Part shown: one piece after another, positions 10,301 through 19,027 of the stretch | Layout of the letters: the number at the start of each line of letters is the position of its first letter | How positions within the stretch are numbered: the first letter of the stretch is position 1 | From: Longimicrobiales bacterium | GTDB lineage: Bacteria > Gemmatimonadota > Gemmatimonadetes > Longimicrobiales > Gaopeijiaceae | Reading direction: 5' to 3' | NCBI GenBank assembly: GCA_965203485.1 | Contig: OZ241892.1 | Location: 1,600,001-1,664,000, forward strand | DNA: 64,000 nucleotides | Translations under genes and position numbers: made by a program | The notes under the pieces: generated by a model | Database searches by the model: none | What the model saw: only the letters and a program-made list of their open reading frames with translations | Told to the model about the DNA's origin: nothing

Positions 10301-10838
10301 GCCGCAACCGATCGCCAAGGACGCCCGAGAGCGCCGCGGGCCCCGCGCCCAGACGCTCGCTCACGGACCGCAACGCCATGGCGCGCAGGCCGGCCGACGT
10401 CCCCGCCGGCGACCCGCGGGAGAGCTCCAGGCCGCCCAGGACCGCTCCAGCCGAGAGTCCGGCCGCTCCGTCCATCGCGCGGGCCACGACCCGTTCGTCG
10501 GCCCACCGCGCCCGCAGGGCCGCCCACAGCCACGCCGCCGCCAAGACGAGGGCTCCCATCGCGGAAACCACCAGGAGCGGTCCGGGGCTTCCGGCCGCCC
10601 ATCCGCCGCCTCCGGCCGCGACGCGCGCCGCAAGAAGCAACCCGAACGCGGCGGTCGCCGTCCACGCGGCCGCCAGCCCGGTCACCCGGCCCGCGACGCG
10701 CGCCCGCACCTCCGCGACCGCCCGTTCCACTCCTTCGCCGACTTGCGACGCGCCCGCGGCGCCTCGGCCTCCGGGCCGGCGAGGGCGGGGGCGCAACCCG
10801 GATCTCGCGGAGGCGTCCGGCTCCCTCACGAAGTCCAC
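7383..10838 (-). CDS. DUF4175-like large membrane-anchored coiled-coil protein
   Basis: N-terminal TM helices, Ig-like beta region (HPPHTGLPP, DSPPRVSIEHP, ALDDFGI, PGDTVRYLARATDN), long Q/E/A coiled coil, C-terminal RQERLFHRLLDAGRGLE...YFQRLN. Confidence 0.8.
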   Translation of the reverse strand: MDFVREPDASARSGLRPRPRRPGGRGAAGASQVGEGVERAVAEVRARVAGRVTGLAAAWTATAAFGLLLAARVAAGGGGWAAGSPGPLLVVSAMGALVLAAAWLWAALRARWADERVVARAMDGAAGLSAGAVLGGLELSRGSPAGTSAGLRAMALRSVSERLGAGPAALSGVLGDRLRLHARRAHACLAAVAAVVVAVAARAPGRAMDAWGGLLTPIAILAEPVLPPVSARPGTVEAARGSEVEVEVRAPLRDDADLRWAATGQVARLRAMPLLDGIARTRLPPLTSVTRYWVEAPDGARSPEYVLTPVDPLLVASVDATVFHPPHTGLPPSEHRGAVPHLEIVEGSRISLRGSGNRAIGRARLVRGDGSAEVEFDVRGTSFSAEWVPRSGGVFAWEFADAAGALSPPPLRVRMIADSPPRVSIEHPEALAVLPAAMRQPLVVRALDDFGIGRLEIVAWRVSAFGDAGEPVVAVAATEPGPGVVARPALDVSGWRLSPGDTVRYLARATDNHPSAQSAETAEHVLRVPGTLDLERAAGEAMARAADAAQGLAAEAREAEEDARALLERGERRGPAGEPGAEQRQFADREEMVRAVERRDQLAASVDSLRRELAALRAALERSGLSSAEARGRLGEMASALDDVAEAADPKGAPLADAAGMDSSELMDALRRAAREQEEIRSRLEESLAGFERAAVDQGLDVAVQEAEALAERQASLAAEMAGPADAGDQTSAERQDALAERTAGLEAQVQELMERLAGMGETKAQAGLEAAATRLSEGGARMNEAAQAARRRDSRSAERQAAQAAGNLSEAARAVDEAGAQMRERRMAALRAALSRTAVDALALSRRQAEVQEQMRGAAAADVANLRGAEAAIAQGIRNLAENYAIGTGMGAPGARDVMTSAGRALEHVDRTVEAMGARRSSASPYESAREVVRALNETARLAMEAAEQDPSAGASSAGEAMMQQLAELAQQQGDIIQDAAGLAPMQQGSETSNEAMREIAGEQEEVAGELGTLAGRDETRGEEGPLGDLGGMAAEARRLAEALAQGRFDPDVLRRQERLFHRLLDAGRGLERDEESHERESETPGEFLHEDVAPVAASAMDAIRYRLPDPVAMRSLPPAMQALVVRYFQRLNERAPPAPRGARDEDPRP

Positions 10839-11527
10839 GCCGCCTGTCTCATCGCGAAGACGAAGATGTTCACGCCCATCTGCAACGCGGCCTCGCGAAC
10901 CGCCGGGGGGTCGTCGTGCACGCCCGCGTCCTCCCAGCCGTCTCCGAGGTCGGCCTCGAACGTGTAGAGAACCGCCAGCCTGCCGTCGCGAAAGATGCCC
11001 AGCGCTTGGGGGCGGCCGCCGTCGTGCTCGTGCACCTTCGGCAGTCCGCCCGGCAGGCGGTACGGAACGCGGAACAGCGCGTGGTCGGGGGGCAACTCGA
11101 CCATGGACTGGTCCGGGAAGAGCAACGCCATCTCACGCCGAAACGATTCGTCCATTCCGTAGTTGTCGTCCGCATGCAGGAAGCCGCCGCCTTGCAGGTA
11201 TGCGCGGAGCGCGTTCCGCTCCTCGGGCGAGAAACGTATGTTTCCGTGTCCCGTCATGTAGATGAAGGGGTAGTCTCGGAGGCCCAGGTCGGCGGGCGTC
11301 AGCACGGCGTCGCGGGTCGCGGTCGCGATGCCGGTGCGTTCCCGCACTGCCGCAAGCAGGTTGGGCAGCGACGACGGATTGGCGTACCAGTCTCCGCCCC
11401 CGTCGTACTTCAGACGGCCGATCGTGGGCGGCCCGGCCGCTTGGCCAGCGGCCCCGCCGACCGCGGCCGCCAAGCCGGAAGAGGCGAGGAGAAGGGCGGA
11501 GACGAGGAAATGCCCGCGGGCTCTCAA
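10826..11527 (-). CDS. DUF4159 domain-containing protein
   Basis: RLKYDGGGDWYANPSSLPNLL, YPFIYMTGHGN, YLQGGGFLHADDNYG, DLGDGWED, ALQMGVNI. Start inferred at TTG 11527 before a signal peptide. Confidence 0.85.
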   Translation of the reverse strand: MRARGHFLVSALLLASSGLAAAVGGAAGQAAGPPTIGRLKYDGGGDWYANPSSLPNLLAAVRERTGIATATRDAVLTPADLGLRDYPFIYMTGHGNIRFSPEERNALRAYLQGGGFLHADDNYGMDESFRREMALLFPDQSMVELPPDHALFRVPYRLPGGLPKVHEHDGGRPQALGIFRDGRLAVLYTFEADLGDGWEDAGVHDDPPAVREAALQMGVNIFVFAMRQAAWTS

Positions 11528-11922
11528 GGTGCGTTCGCGGCGCGCGCCGGAGCCGTGAGGTGGGTCCTTCGGGCGGCAGTCTTGGGAGCGTCCGCCGGGA
11601 CGGGCGTCGCCGGGCTCTCCGCATTCTCGGAAGGCCGGGCAACCGGTCGCGCCCCGGCCAAGCCGGCAAGCGCCCGGGCGGCGCCTGCTCGGCCGGGGCC
11701 GGAGGGAACGCGCGCGGTTCCGGCATCCGGTCCGACGACGCGGGCGGGACGTTTGGCTTCGGGGGGCTCCACGATCACGTTGGCAATCATAGCCGCGGGA
11801 TTCCCGACGCCGCCGGCCCGAACCAGCGAAGGGCCGCCGTGGAGGGGTGGCGCCGACGACGCCGGTCCCCCACGCGGCCTCGCGGCGACGCGCTGCATCC
11901 GCCAAGAAGGCGGCGGCGCACA

Positions 11923-13899
11923 TCAGGGCGCCCCCAAGGGCACGGGCGCCGACTCGCCGTTGCCGCAACGGCGGTCCCCTGCCCCGCCCCCGCGTTGGAA
12001 ACCTCCCGCCTCCCCGGCGGAGCCGACGTCGGGCCAGCCCGGCAGGCGGAGCACTTGCCCCGCCCGGGCTTGGGCCGCCAGGCACCAGGCGCTGCCGACG
12101 TCGTCCAACTGGAACTTGAACCGGTCGTCCAACGCCGAAGCCGGCCACGGAGCGTCGTCGTCCCAGAATACGAAGACGCGCTCGCCGTCTTCCTCCGCCG
12201 GCCCCTCGACGCGACGCGCGGTCACCTTGCGCCCGCCCGGGAGGATGGCGTCGGCGGCAGGCGACAACGGCCGCCCGGCGGCGCGCAAGTGGAAGAAGAC
12301 GATCTGCCCCAACGCCCAGTCCGCCGCGACCGCGTCGCCAGGACGCAGGCCCGGCTCGACGGCGGCGACCAGCGACGCGGCGGCCGGGGACCATCCCGAC
12401 CTCCCCGTCAACCATTCCGCCGCGGTGGACCGTGTCCACCAAGCGCCCGCCCCAAGCACCAGCAGGACGGCCAGCACGCGGCCCGCGATCCAGTTCCGCT
12501 TCGCGACGTCGCCTCTCCCGAGGGTCTGCAACGCGCGGGCGAGCCCCGCACCCGCCAGCATCGTCAGCGCGAACACCAGCCAAAGCGTCATGCGAGGTTG
12601 CAACGACACGGGCCTGATCGCCAGGACCGACGCCGTTCCTCCGACGACCGCGGCCGCGAAGAGCCCTCGCGGCCCTGCATCGCGCCGCCGCGCGAACGCA
12701 CCCGCGACGACGGCCGCGAAGAGCGTCGGTTGCGCCCAAAGGGGGACTGCCAGATTGATCCGCATCCAGGCGCCCACCGTGTTCATGGCCCAGAGTCGCC
12801 AGCGCCACGCTCCCTCCGCCCAGCCCTCCACGTGCTTGTTGGCCAACAGCGCGCCGCTCCCCGACTCCCAAAGCACCGGCGCGTACAGCAAGCTCGCCAG
12901 CGCCAGCGCGACGCCGGTCCACGCCGCGAGTCGCAACGCGAACGGTCCGAGCGCCGCCGGTCCACGCTCCCGCCAGCAAAGCAGCAGCATCCAGCAACCC
13001 GTGACCGCGGCGGGGAACGCCATCAATGGAATCGTGAAGAAGCCCAGGCCGGTCGCGGCCGAGTACCCGGCCCACAGCCGTGGGCTGCCGGGGCGCAGGA
13101 CGAGCTCCCCCCCGAACCAGAGCGCGGCCACGAAGCACAGCAGCATCAGCGAGTAGCCGCGTGCGCTCGACGCGAACTCGGTGAACAGCGGCGAAGTGGC
13201 GAGCAAGGCGGTTGCGAAAGCGGCGGCGGTCCATCCGTGTTCTCTGCGCACGAGCCACCATGCCGCCGGCAACGCCGCGCAGGCCGCGAGGAAGGCTGGC
13301 ATCCGCAACGCCACCGGATGCCAACCCCCGAGCCGGTGCGCGATCCACACCAGCAACGTGTGCAGCACGTGGTTGTTCGGAGCGTCGTACGCGCTCCAAG
13401 CGTGCCACAGCGGTCCGGTTGCGTAGTGCAGCGCCGTGACCGTCTCGTCGACCCGCATGGGCCCGGCGAGGCCGCGGGCCGCCAGGAGGACGCCGGCCGC
13501 GACCACGACCACCGCGACCACCCGTTCCGCGCCGGCCGGCCGCACCCCAGCCCCAGCCCCGGCCACCGCCAAGGCCGGCCGGGTGCGCCCCCGGCCGGAC
13601 TCGGGCGGCGCCGGGGCGCTCGCCGACCCCGCCGCAAGAGAGCCCGCCCGACGCCGCGCCAGGAGCAACATCGCGGCCAGCGCCCCGAATCCGGCAGCCA
13701 TCTCGATCGCGGCGCCCGCGAGGGTTCGGCCCAGAACGCGCTCCAAGCCGGCAGGCTCGCCGTCGATCGCGAGCAGGTCCGCCCAGCTCTGCAACGTCCC
13801 GGCGTCCAGCTGCGAGACCACCGCCAAGCCGCCGCACGCGGCGGCAGAGACCCCGCCCGCGATCGTGGCGGCGCGAACGCGCGACTCGTCGCTCCTCAA
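11923..13899 (-). CDS. Polytopic GT-C glycosyltransferase (PMT/ArnT-like, GT39/GT83-type)
   Basis: MRVDE motif after the first helices, PNNHVLHTLL, VALRMPAFLA, SPLFTEFASSARGYSL, many TM helices. Confidence 0.8.
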   Translation of the reverse strand: MRSDESRVRAATIAGGVSAAACGGLAVVSQLDAGTLQSWADLLAIDGEPAGLERVLGRTLAGAAIEMAAGFGALAAMLLLARRRAGSLAAGSASAPAPPESGRGRTRPALAVAGAGAGVRPAGAERVVAVVVVAAGVLLAARGLAGPMRVDETVTALHYATGPLWHAWSAYDAPNNHVLHTLLVWIAHRLGGWHPVALRMPAFLAACAALPAAWWLVRREHGWTAAAFATALLATSPLFTEFASSARGYSLMLLCFVAALWFGGELVLRPGSPRLWAGYSAATGLGFFTIPLMAFPAAVTGCWMLLLCWRERGPAALGPFALRLAAWTGVALALASLLYAPVLWESGSGALLANKHVEGWAEGAWRWRLWAMNTVGAWMRINLAVPLWAQPTLFAAVVAGAFARRRDAGPRGLFAAAVVGGTASVLAIRPVSLQPRMTLWLVFALTMLAGAGLARALQTLGRGDVAKRNWIAGRVLAVLLVLGAGAWWTRSTAAEWLTGRSGWSPAAASLVAAVEPGLRPGDAVAADWALGQIVFFHLRAAGRPLSPAADAILPGGRKVTARRVEGPAEEDGERVFVFWDDDAPWPASALDDRFKFQLDDVGSAWCLAAQARAGQVLRLPGWPDVGSAGEAGGFQRGGGAGDRRCGNGESAPVPLGAP

Positions 13900-14783
13900 C
13901 GCTCGGTCTCGCCGGGCAACGCGACGGAGGCCGCCGGGCCCTCGTCTTTAGGGCACTGTTCGCCGACCGCGCGCCCTTCGAGCGACCACGCGCCGAGCGC
14001 GGCATCGCGCAGCGACGGCCAGCGATTGAACCGCAACACCTTGCGAATGTCGGGCTGGGCGGCGACGACCGGAGCGGACGTGCCCGGCGCCCAGCCGGTC
14101 TCTCGCGCGAACCACTCGAAGACGCCGGGTCGCGCCGCCCACCACGCGAACGCTCCGGTCGCGGACGCCACCGCCGCCACCGCCGCCACCGACTGCGAGC
14201 GAGAACTCGGCAAGAGCCGCCCAAGCGCGGCGTCGCAAGACGTGGCCACCCCAGCGCCGCCCATGACCGCGACCGGAACCAGCATGAACACCGTCATGCG
14301 CGGAGGAAACAAGACCGGATGCGCGGCGAGCACGGCCCCCACCACCACGGCCAAGGCGAGCAAGCCTCTGTGCCCCGTCCCGAGCCGCGGCGCCGGCGAC
14401 AGACCACGCCGCGACGCGCAACGCAAACAACGGCAACGCCCGCAGACCCCGCTCGCGCCAGCCCAACGGAATCGTTCAGCACGCCGCGATTCGCGGCTCG
14501 GGGCGGGCTCCGCGCATCCCGGGCTCTTCATCGTCTCCGCGGTCCCGCGGTCGCCTCACCGGCCCGAAGCCGTGGAACGCGCAGTACACGAATCGCCGCC
14601 GGCAGCGCCATGACCGGAATCGCGAAGAGTCCCAGCCCGATCGCCGCCGCGTACGCCGCCCACAGCCGTCGCGCCCCGGGCCGACGCGCAAGCTCGCTCC
14701 CGCACAGGAGAGCCGGCACGAAGCAAAGCACCGTCAGCGAGCAGCCCCGCGCGTTCGACGCGTACTCCGCGAAGAGCGGCTAG

Positions 14784-16312
14784 CAGTCCGTGGACAAAGT
14801 CCCGGCGCGCCGGCGATTTGGTGGGGAGTAGATTGGAGGGACGGAACGATTCCCTTGAAGGAGGACGGCGATGGCGTTGGGCAAGCGTCGGAGCGAGCGG
14901 CAGCAGGCGTTGTTCGTGGCGACGAGCAAGATCAGCGCGTCCGAGCACCCGTTCTACCGCGCGCTGGACAGGCTGTTGCGGGAGGACGGCTTCGACGAGT
15001 TCGCGGAGGAGGTGTGCGCCGAGTTCTACGCGGGCAACGTGGGCCGTCCGGGGATTCCTCCGGGGGTGTACTTTCGGGCGCTGATGGTGGGGTACCTGGA
15101 GGGCATCTCGTCGGAGCGGGGCATCGCCTGGCGGTGCAGGGACTCGTTTTCGTTGCGTGCGTTCCTGGGGTACGAGCTGACGAGGAACCCGCCGGACCAT
15201 TCGAGCCTGTCGAAGACGCGCAAGCGGCTGAGCGTGGAGGCGCACGTCGCAGTGTTCGCGCGCGTGTTGCGGCTGCTGGACGACTCGGGGCTGTTGGGAG
15301 GCGGGACGCTGGGCGTGGACTCGACGACGCTGGAGGCGAACGCGGCGATGCGCTCGATCGTGCGGCGGGACGGGGGCGCGGGCTACGAGGCGTGGCTGCG
15401 GGAGCTGGCGCGGTCGTCGGGGATCGAGACGCCGACGCGCGAGGAGTTGGCGAAGCTGGACCGAAAGCGTCCGAAGAAGGGGTCGAACGCGGAGTGGGTG
15501 CATCCGGGGGACCCGGAGGCGCGGATCACGAAGATGAAGGACGGGCGCACGCGGCTGGGTCACAAGCTGGAGCAGGCGGTGGACCTGGAGTCGGGCGCGG
15601 TGGTGGGCATGACGGTGCAGACGACGGACGGGGGCGACGCGGCGTCGTTGCCGGAGACGCTGGACGAGGCGGAGCGGCGGCTGGCGGAGCTGGGGGCTGG
15701 GGCGGCGGAAGTGGTGTGCGACAAGGGCTATCACTCGAACAAGACGATGACGGAGTTGGAGGACCGGGGGCTGCGCGGCTACGTGAGCGAGCCCGCGCGC
15801 GGTCGGCGGAGCTGGAAGCAGAACAAGGAAGCCCAGAAGCCGGTCTACGCGAACCGGCGGCGGATTCGGGGCGAGCGCGGCAAGGCGCTGCTGAGGATGC
15901 GGGGCGAGAAGCTCGAGCGCTCGTTCGCGCACCTGCTGGGGACGGGCGGACTTCGCCGCGTGCACGTGCGTGGCCACGAGGACATCCGCAAGCGGATGCT
16001 GATTCACGTCGCCGCCTTCAACCTCGGGCTGCTCATGCGAAGACGCTTCGGCGTCGGCACGCCACGAGGCCTGCAGGGCCGCCCCGCCGCAGCGCAAGCT
16101 GTGCTCGATTCCTGCGCGACGGGCGCCGCAGGCTCCGTTTTGCGCCGATTTTGCCGCCAAATCGCCGCTCTCGAGCCGCTTCGACGCCTCTCGGGGCCGC
16201 TCCAAGCCCTATTGCGCGACTTCCGCGCGTTCGCGCCTTCGAGAGCCCGGTAAACCGCCGTGTCCCACCAAGTTTCGTCGCGGACGCGCCAAGCCCGTTT
16301 GTCCACGGGCTG
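14784..16312 (+). mobile_element. Insertion sequence, IS5/IS1182-like (about 1.53 kb)
   Basis: 15-bp terminal inverted repeats CAGTCCGTGGACAAA (14784-14798) and TTTGTCCACGGGCTG (16298-16312), one mismatch. CTAG direct repeats at 14780-14783 and 16313-16316. Confidence 0.92.
14871..16253 (+). CDS. DDE transposase (DUF772-like N-terminus; IS5/IS1182-like)
   Basis: GRPGIPP..YLEGISSERGIA..PPDHSSLSKTR; catalytic-like VDSTTLEANA, VCDKGY, KLERSFAHL; GGAGG RBS. Confidence 0.92.
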   Translation: MALGKRRSERQQALFVATSKISASEHPFYRALDRLLREDGFDEFAEEVCAEFYAGNVGRPGIPPGVYFRALMVGYLEGISSERGIAWRCRDSFSLRAFLGYELTRNPPDHSSLSKTRKRLSVEAHVAVFARVLRLLDDSGLLGGGTLGVDSTTLEANAAMRSIVRRDGGAGYEAWLRELARSSGIETPTREELAKLDRKRPKKGSNAEWVHPGDPEARITKMKDGRTRLGHKLEQAVDLESGAVVGMTVQTTDGGDAASLPETLDEAERRLAELGAGAAEVVCDKGYHSNKTMTELEDRGLRGYVSEPARGRRSWKQNKEAQKPVYANRRRIRGERGKALLRMRGEKLERSFAHLLGTGGLRRVHVRGHEDIRKRMLIHVAAFNLGLLMRRRFGVGTPRGLQGRPAAAQAVLDSCATGAAGSVLRRFCRQIAALEPLRRLSGPLQALLRDFRAFAPSRAR

Positions 16313-16538
16313 CTAGGTGGCGAGGAAGGCCGTCGCGAACGCCGCGGCACGGGGGCCGTGCTCGCGCCGGGCGAACCACCAAGTCGCGGCAAGCGTCGCG
16401 CAACCGGAAAGGCGGGCATCCGCAAGGCGACCGGCTCCCAGGCCGCCAGCCGGTGCGCCACCAGAAGGTTCGGCGGGCGACCGGGGAAGCTCGATCGGCC
16501 CAGCCGACCGGACGGATTGGCCCGGCCCCGGGCCGGCT

Positions 16539-17477
16539 TCACGGGCCGGGGGATCCCGCGCCGCGCACGGCCTCGTATGCCGCCGCGCGGGTCGTCGAGG
16601 CGTGGCGGGCCACGACCTTGGCCGCCGCTCCCGGCGCAAGCCCCGCGGCCAGCAGCGACGCGGCCAGCGCGCGCGCCTCCGCTCCCGCCCGCACCTGCCG
16701 CGAGGACGCCGGCCGGCCGCCGACGACCAAAGTCGTTTCGCCGCGCGGAGGCGACTCCGCGAATCGCGCCGCGCACTCGCCCGCGCGCCCCCGCACGATC
16801 TCCTCGTGCACCTTGGTGAGCTCGCGACAAACGGCGACGCGGCGGTCGGCGCCGGCCGCGTCCGCCACGTCCGCCAACAAGCGCGCCAGACGGCGCGGCG
16901 ACTCGAACAGCACCGATGTCTCGCGGGCACAGGCAAGCGACTTCAAGGCCGACCGCCGCGCCGCACCTTTGCGAGGCAAGAACCCCCAGAACGTGAAGGG
17001 AGCGACGGGAAGCCCCGACGCGACAAGCGCCGCGAGGACCGCCGACGGCCCCGGCACCGGGCTGACGTCGCAACCCGCTCCCACCGCGGCGGCTACAAGC
17101 CGGCCGCCGGGGTCCGACACGAGCGGCGTGCCGGCATCCGAGACCAGGGCCACGTCCTGGCCCGCCGCGAGCCATGCGAGCGCTTGGCGCGCGCGGGCCG
17201 ACTCGTTGCGGGCGTGGAGCGAAGCCGGGCGGACGGCCGCGCCGACCCGGTCGAGAAGAACGCGGGCCCTGCGAGTGTCCTCCGCCAGCACGCGGGTTGC
17301 CGAACGCAGCACGCGACCCGCGCGTTCGCCGAGATCGGACAGGTTGCCGATGGGGGTCGAGACGACGAAGAGCGTTCCCTTGGCGCCGCGGCCCGGAGTC
17401 TCGACGCCTCTCTTTCTTTCGCGCAACGGCGGCGAGTCCGCCTGCGAGCGTTCCGCTCGAACGGCGAGCGACCTCAC
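16539..17477 (-). CDS. rsmI: 16S rRNA (cytidine1402-2'-O)-methyltransferase
   Basis: LFVVSTPIGNLSD, LAEDTR, VSDAGTPLVSDPG, VPGPSA, FESPRRL, CRELTKVHEE. Start inferred at the GTG overlapping the trxA stop. Confidence 0.92.
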   Translation of the reverse strand: MRSLAVRAERSQADSPPLRERKRGVETPGRGAKGTLFVVSTPIGNLSDLGERAGRVLRSATRVLAEDTRRARVLLDRVGAAVRPASLHARNESARARQALAWLAAGQDVALVSDAGTPLVSDPGGRLVAAAVGAGCDVSPVPGPSAVLAALVASGLPVAPFTFWGFLPRKGAARRSALKSLACARETSVLFESPRRLARLLADVADAAGADRRVAVCRELTKVHEEIVRGRAGECAARFAESPPRGETTLVVGGRPASSRQVRAGAEARALAASLLAAGLAPGAAAKVVARHASTTRAAAYEAVRGAGSPGP

Positions 17478-17806
17478 AAGTGCTGCTCGATCTTCTCCTG
17501 CAGGTGGGCCTTCGGGGTCGCGCCGACCACCGTGTCCACCAGCTTGCCGTCCTTGAAGAAGAGGATGCTGGGAATCGAGCGCACGCCGAAGCGGATCGGA
17601 GTCGCTTGGTTTTCGTCCACGTTCATCTTGCCCACGAGCACTCGGCCCGCGAAATCGTCGGCCAGCTCGTCGACGACCGGCCCCACCATCCTGCACGGAC
17701 CGCACCATTCGGCCCAGAAGTCCACCATCGACAGACCCTCTCCGCCCTCGATCTCCTCGGCGAAGTTGTCGTCCGTGATCTCGTTGACGTTCGTGCCTTT
17801 CGCCAT
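17474..17806 (-). CDS. trxA: Thioredoxin
   Basis: VDFWAEWCGPC, GVRSIPSILFFKDG; GAGGAG RBS before ATG 17806. Confidence 0.97.
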   Translation of the reverse strand: MAKGTNVNEITDDNFAEEIEGGEGLSMVDFWAEWCGPCRMVGPVVDELADDFAGRVLVGKMNVDENQATPIRFGVRSIPSILFFKDGKLVDTVVGATPKAHLQEKIEQHL

Positions 17807-18026
17807 CTTCTCGTCTCCTCTGTTGTGGCCGGGAATCCGGCCGTGCTCGTGACTGCCTGGAACAGTTAGTCCGTCCCCGGCCCGGGGCCGACGACAGCGC
17901 GGCCCAGCGCTCGTCCGCCAAGCGTCGGCGCTCCCTCCCTGGACGGCCGGCGCCCCGGCGCGCGGGACGGCGACGCTCCACGCCGACAGGCCGAAGGACC
18001 GCATGGCGCGCGTCGGCGAAGGAAGC

Positions 18027-18181
18027 CGGCGGACCACCCGCGCGCAAAGGGGACCGCCGCGCGCCGGAGCTTGCCAGTCGCGGCGTTCGGCGGGACCACC
18101 CGCGCGCAAAGGGACCGCCGGCTTGCGAAGCCTGCGGCGGCCGTGTCGGCGACGGCCACCCGCGTGCACGGGCCGACGCCG
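18027..18181. repeat. Three ~33-35-nt hairpin-forming direct repeats, period 59-61 nt
   Basis: cggcggaccacccgcgcgcaaaggggaccgccg (18027-18059), cggcgggaccacccgcgcgcaaagggaccgccg (18088-18120), cggcgacggccacccgcgtgcacgggccgacgccg (18147-18181). Confidence 0.75.
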
Positions 18182-18188
18182 TCATCTT

Positions 18189-18217
18189 ATTGTAAGCGAT
18201 GCGCCCTGTCTCTTCAC
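18189..18217 (-). promoter_or_regulatory. Candidate sigma-70 promoter facing the repeats and trxA
   Basis: TACAAT at 18194-18189 in a rare AT-rich patch; weak -35 GTGAAG at 17-nt spacing. Confidence 0.45.
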
Positions 18218-18409
18218 CTTGCGGGCCGCGCGCCGGGCACGGGCCGAGCCGCGACCGTCCTGCTACGGCCCACGCCGGTTCGGACGCGACCCGCCTGTGG
18301 CCGCGCGCCCGCGCAGAGCCGCCGCATCCACCCGTTGTGCGGACCGGCCGCAGACGCGACCGCGCCGCCCGAGCCCACCCCTGCGCAAGGCCCGCCAGGA
18401 GCCAACGCC

Positions 18410-19027
18410 ATGACCCTGCGCCCCGACTTGCCGCCGTTGCCGCTAGACCACATTGGCGTGGCCGTCCCGTCGCTAGGGGGCGCCGCCCGGCTCCTCGAGC
18501 GCCTCGCTGGGCGCCGCGCGACCGCGCCGGTTCGGGCGGAATCGCAGGCCGCGGAGATCTGCTTCGTCGGCGCTCTGGAGCTTCTGGCGCCGACGGGCGA
18601 GGACGGCCCCGTGGCCCGCTTCCTCGCACGGCGCGGGCCGGGGCTCCATCACGTGGCCTACCGGACGGAGGACCTACCGGCGCTGATGGACAGTCTGCGG
18701 GACGAGGGCTTCGAGTTCACGTCGCAAGAGCCGATGACGGGGGCCGGCGGGCACCGCATCGCCTTCGTTCATCCCCGCTCCGCGGGCGGCGTGCTGGTCG
18801 AGCTGGTCGAGAAGCGGAACGCATCGTCTCCGCCGACGAGCTCCCGCAGGTCCACCTCGCGAACCAACCAGGCTCCGTCGCGATCCTGCACCACCACAAA
18901 GGGCGCGAGCGCCGTAGATCCGGAAGCCAAGTCCAGCGCAACGACGACGGCGACCGGCGGGCCGGACCCCGCTCCGTGCCCGTCCACGGCCGTGGACCCT
19001 TCGCCGACCACCCGAAAGCCGGTGTGA
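18410..19027 (+). CDS. mce: Methylmalonyl-CoA epimerase (VOC family) with a C-terminal run-on extension
   Basis: LDHIGVAV, LELLAP, GPGLHHVAY, GAGGHRIAFVHPRSAGGVLVELVE; AGGAG RBS. Confidence 0.85.
   Translation: MTLRPDLPPLPLDHIGVAVPSLGGAARLLERLAGRRATAPVRAESQAAEICFVGALELLAPTGEDGPVARFLARRGPGLHHVAYRTEDLPALMDSLRDEGFEFTSQEPMTGAGGHRIAFVHPRSAGGVLVELVEKRNASSPPTSSRRSTSRTNQAPSRSCTTTKGASAVDPEAKSSATTTATGGPDPAPCPSTAVDPSPTTRKPV

Larger units (their letters stand above)
13896..16480 (-). pseudogene. Decayed tandem paralog of the GT-C glycosyltransferase, interrupted by an IS
   Basis: Fragments in different frames match the intact copy: VAHRLAAWEPVALRMPAF / WWFARREHGPRAAAFATAFLAT [IS] PLFAEYASNARGCSLTVLCFV...LWAAYAAAIGLGLFAIPVMALPAA / VLAAHPVLFPPRMTVF. 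N-terminus missing; frameshifts present. Confidence 0.8.

Noticed and set aside
11524..11898. 124-aa ORF as a decayed rsmE remnant (VVGPDAG faintly like IGPEGG)
   Set aside because: Similarity is too weak to support by eye; the sequence is low complexity.
18027..18181. Formal CRISPR call for the trxA-upstream repeats
   Set aside because: Only three non-identical copies and no cas genes in the window. Kept as a repeat feature and finding.
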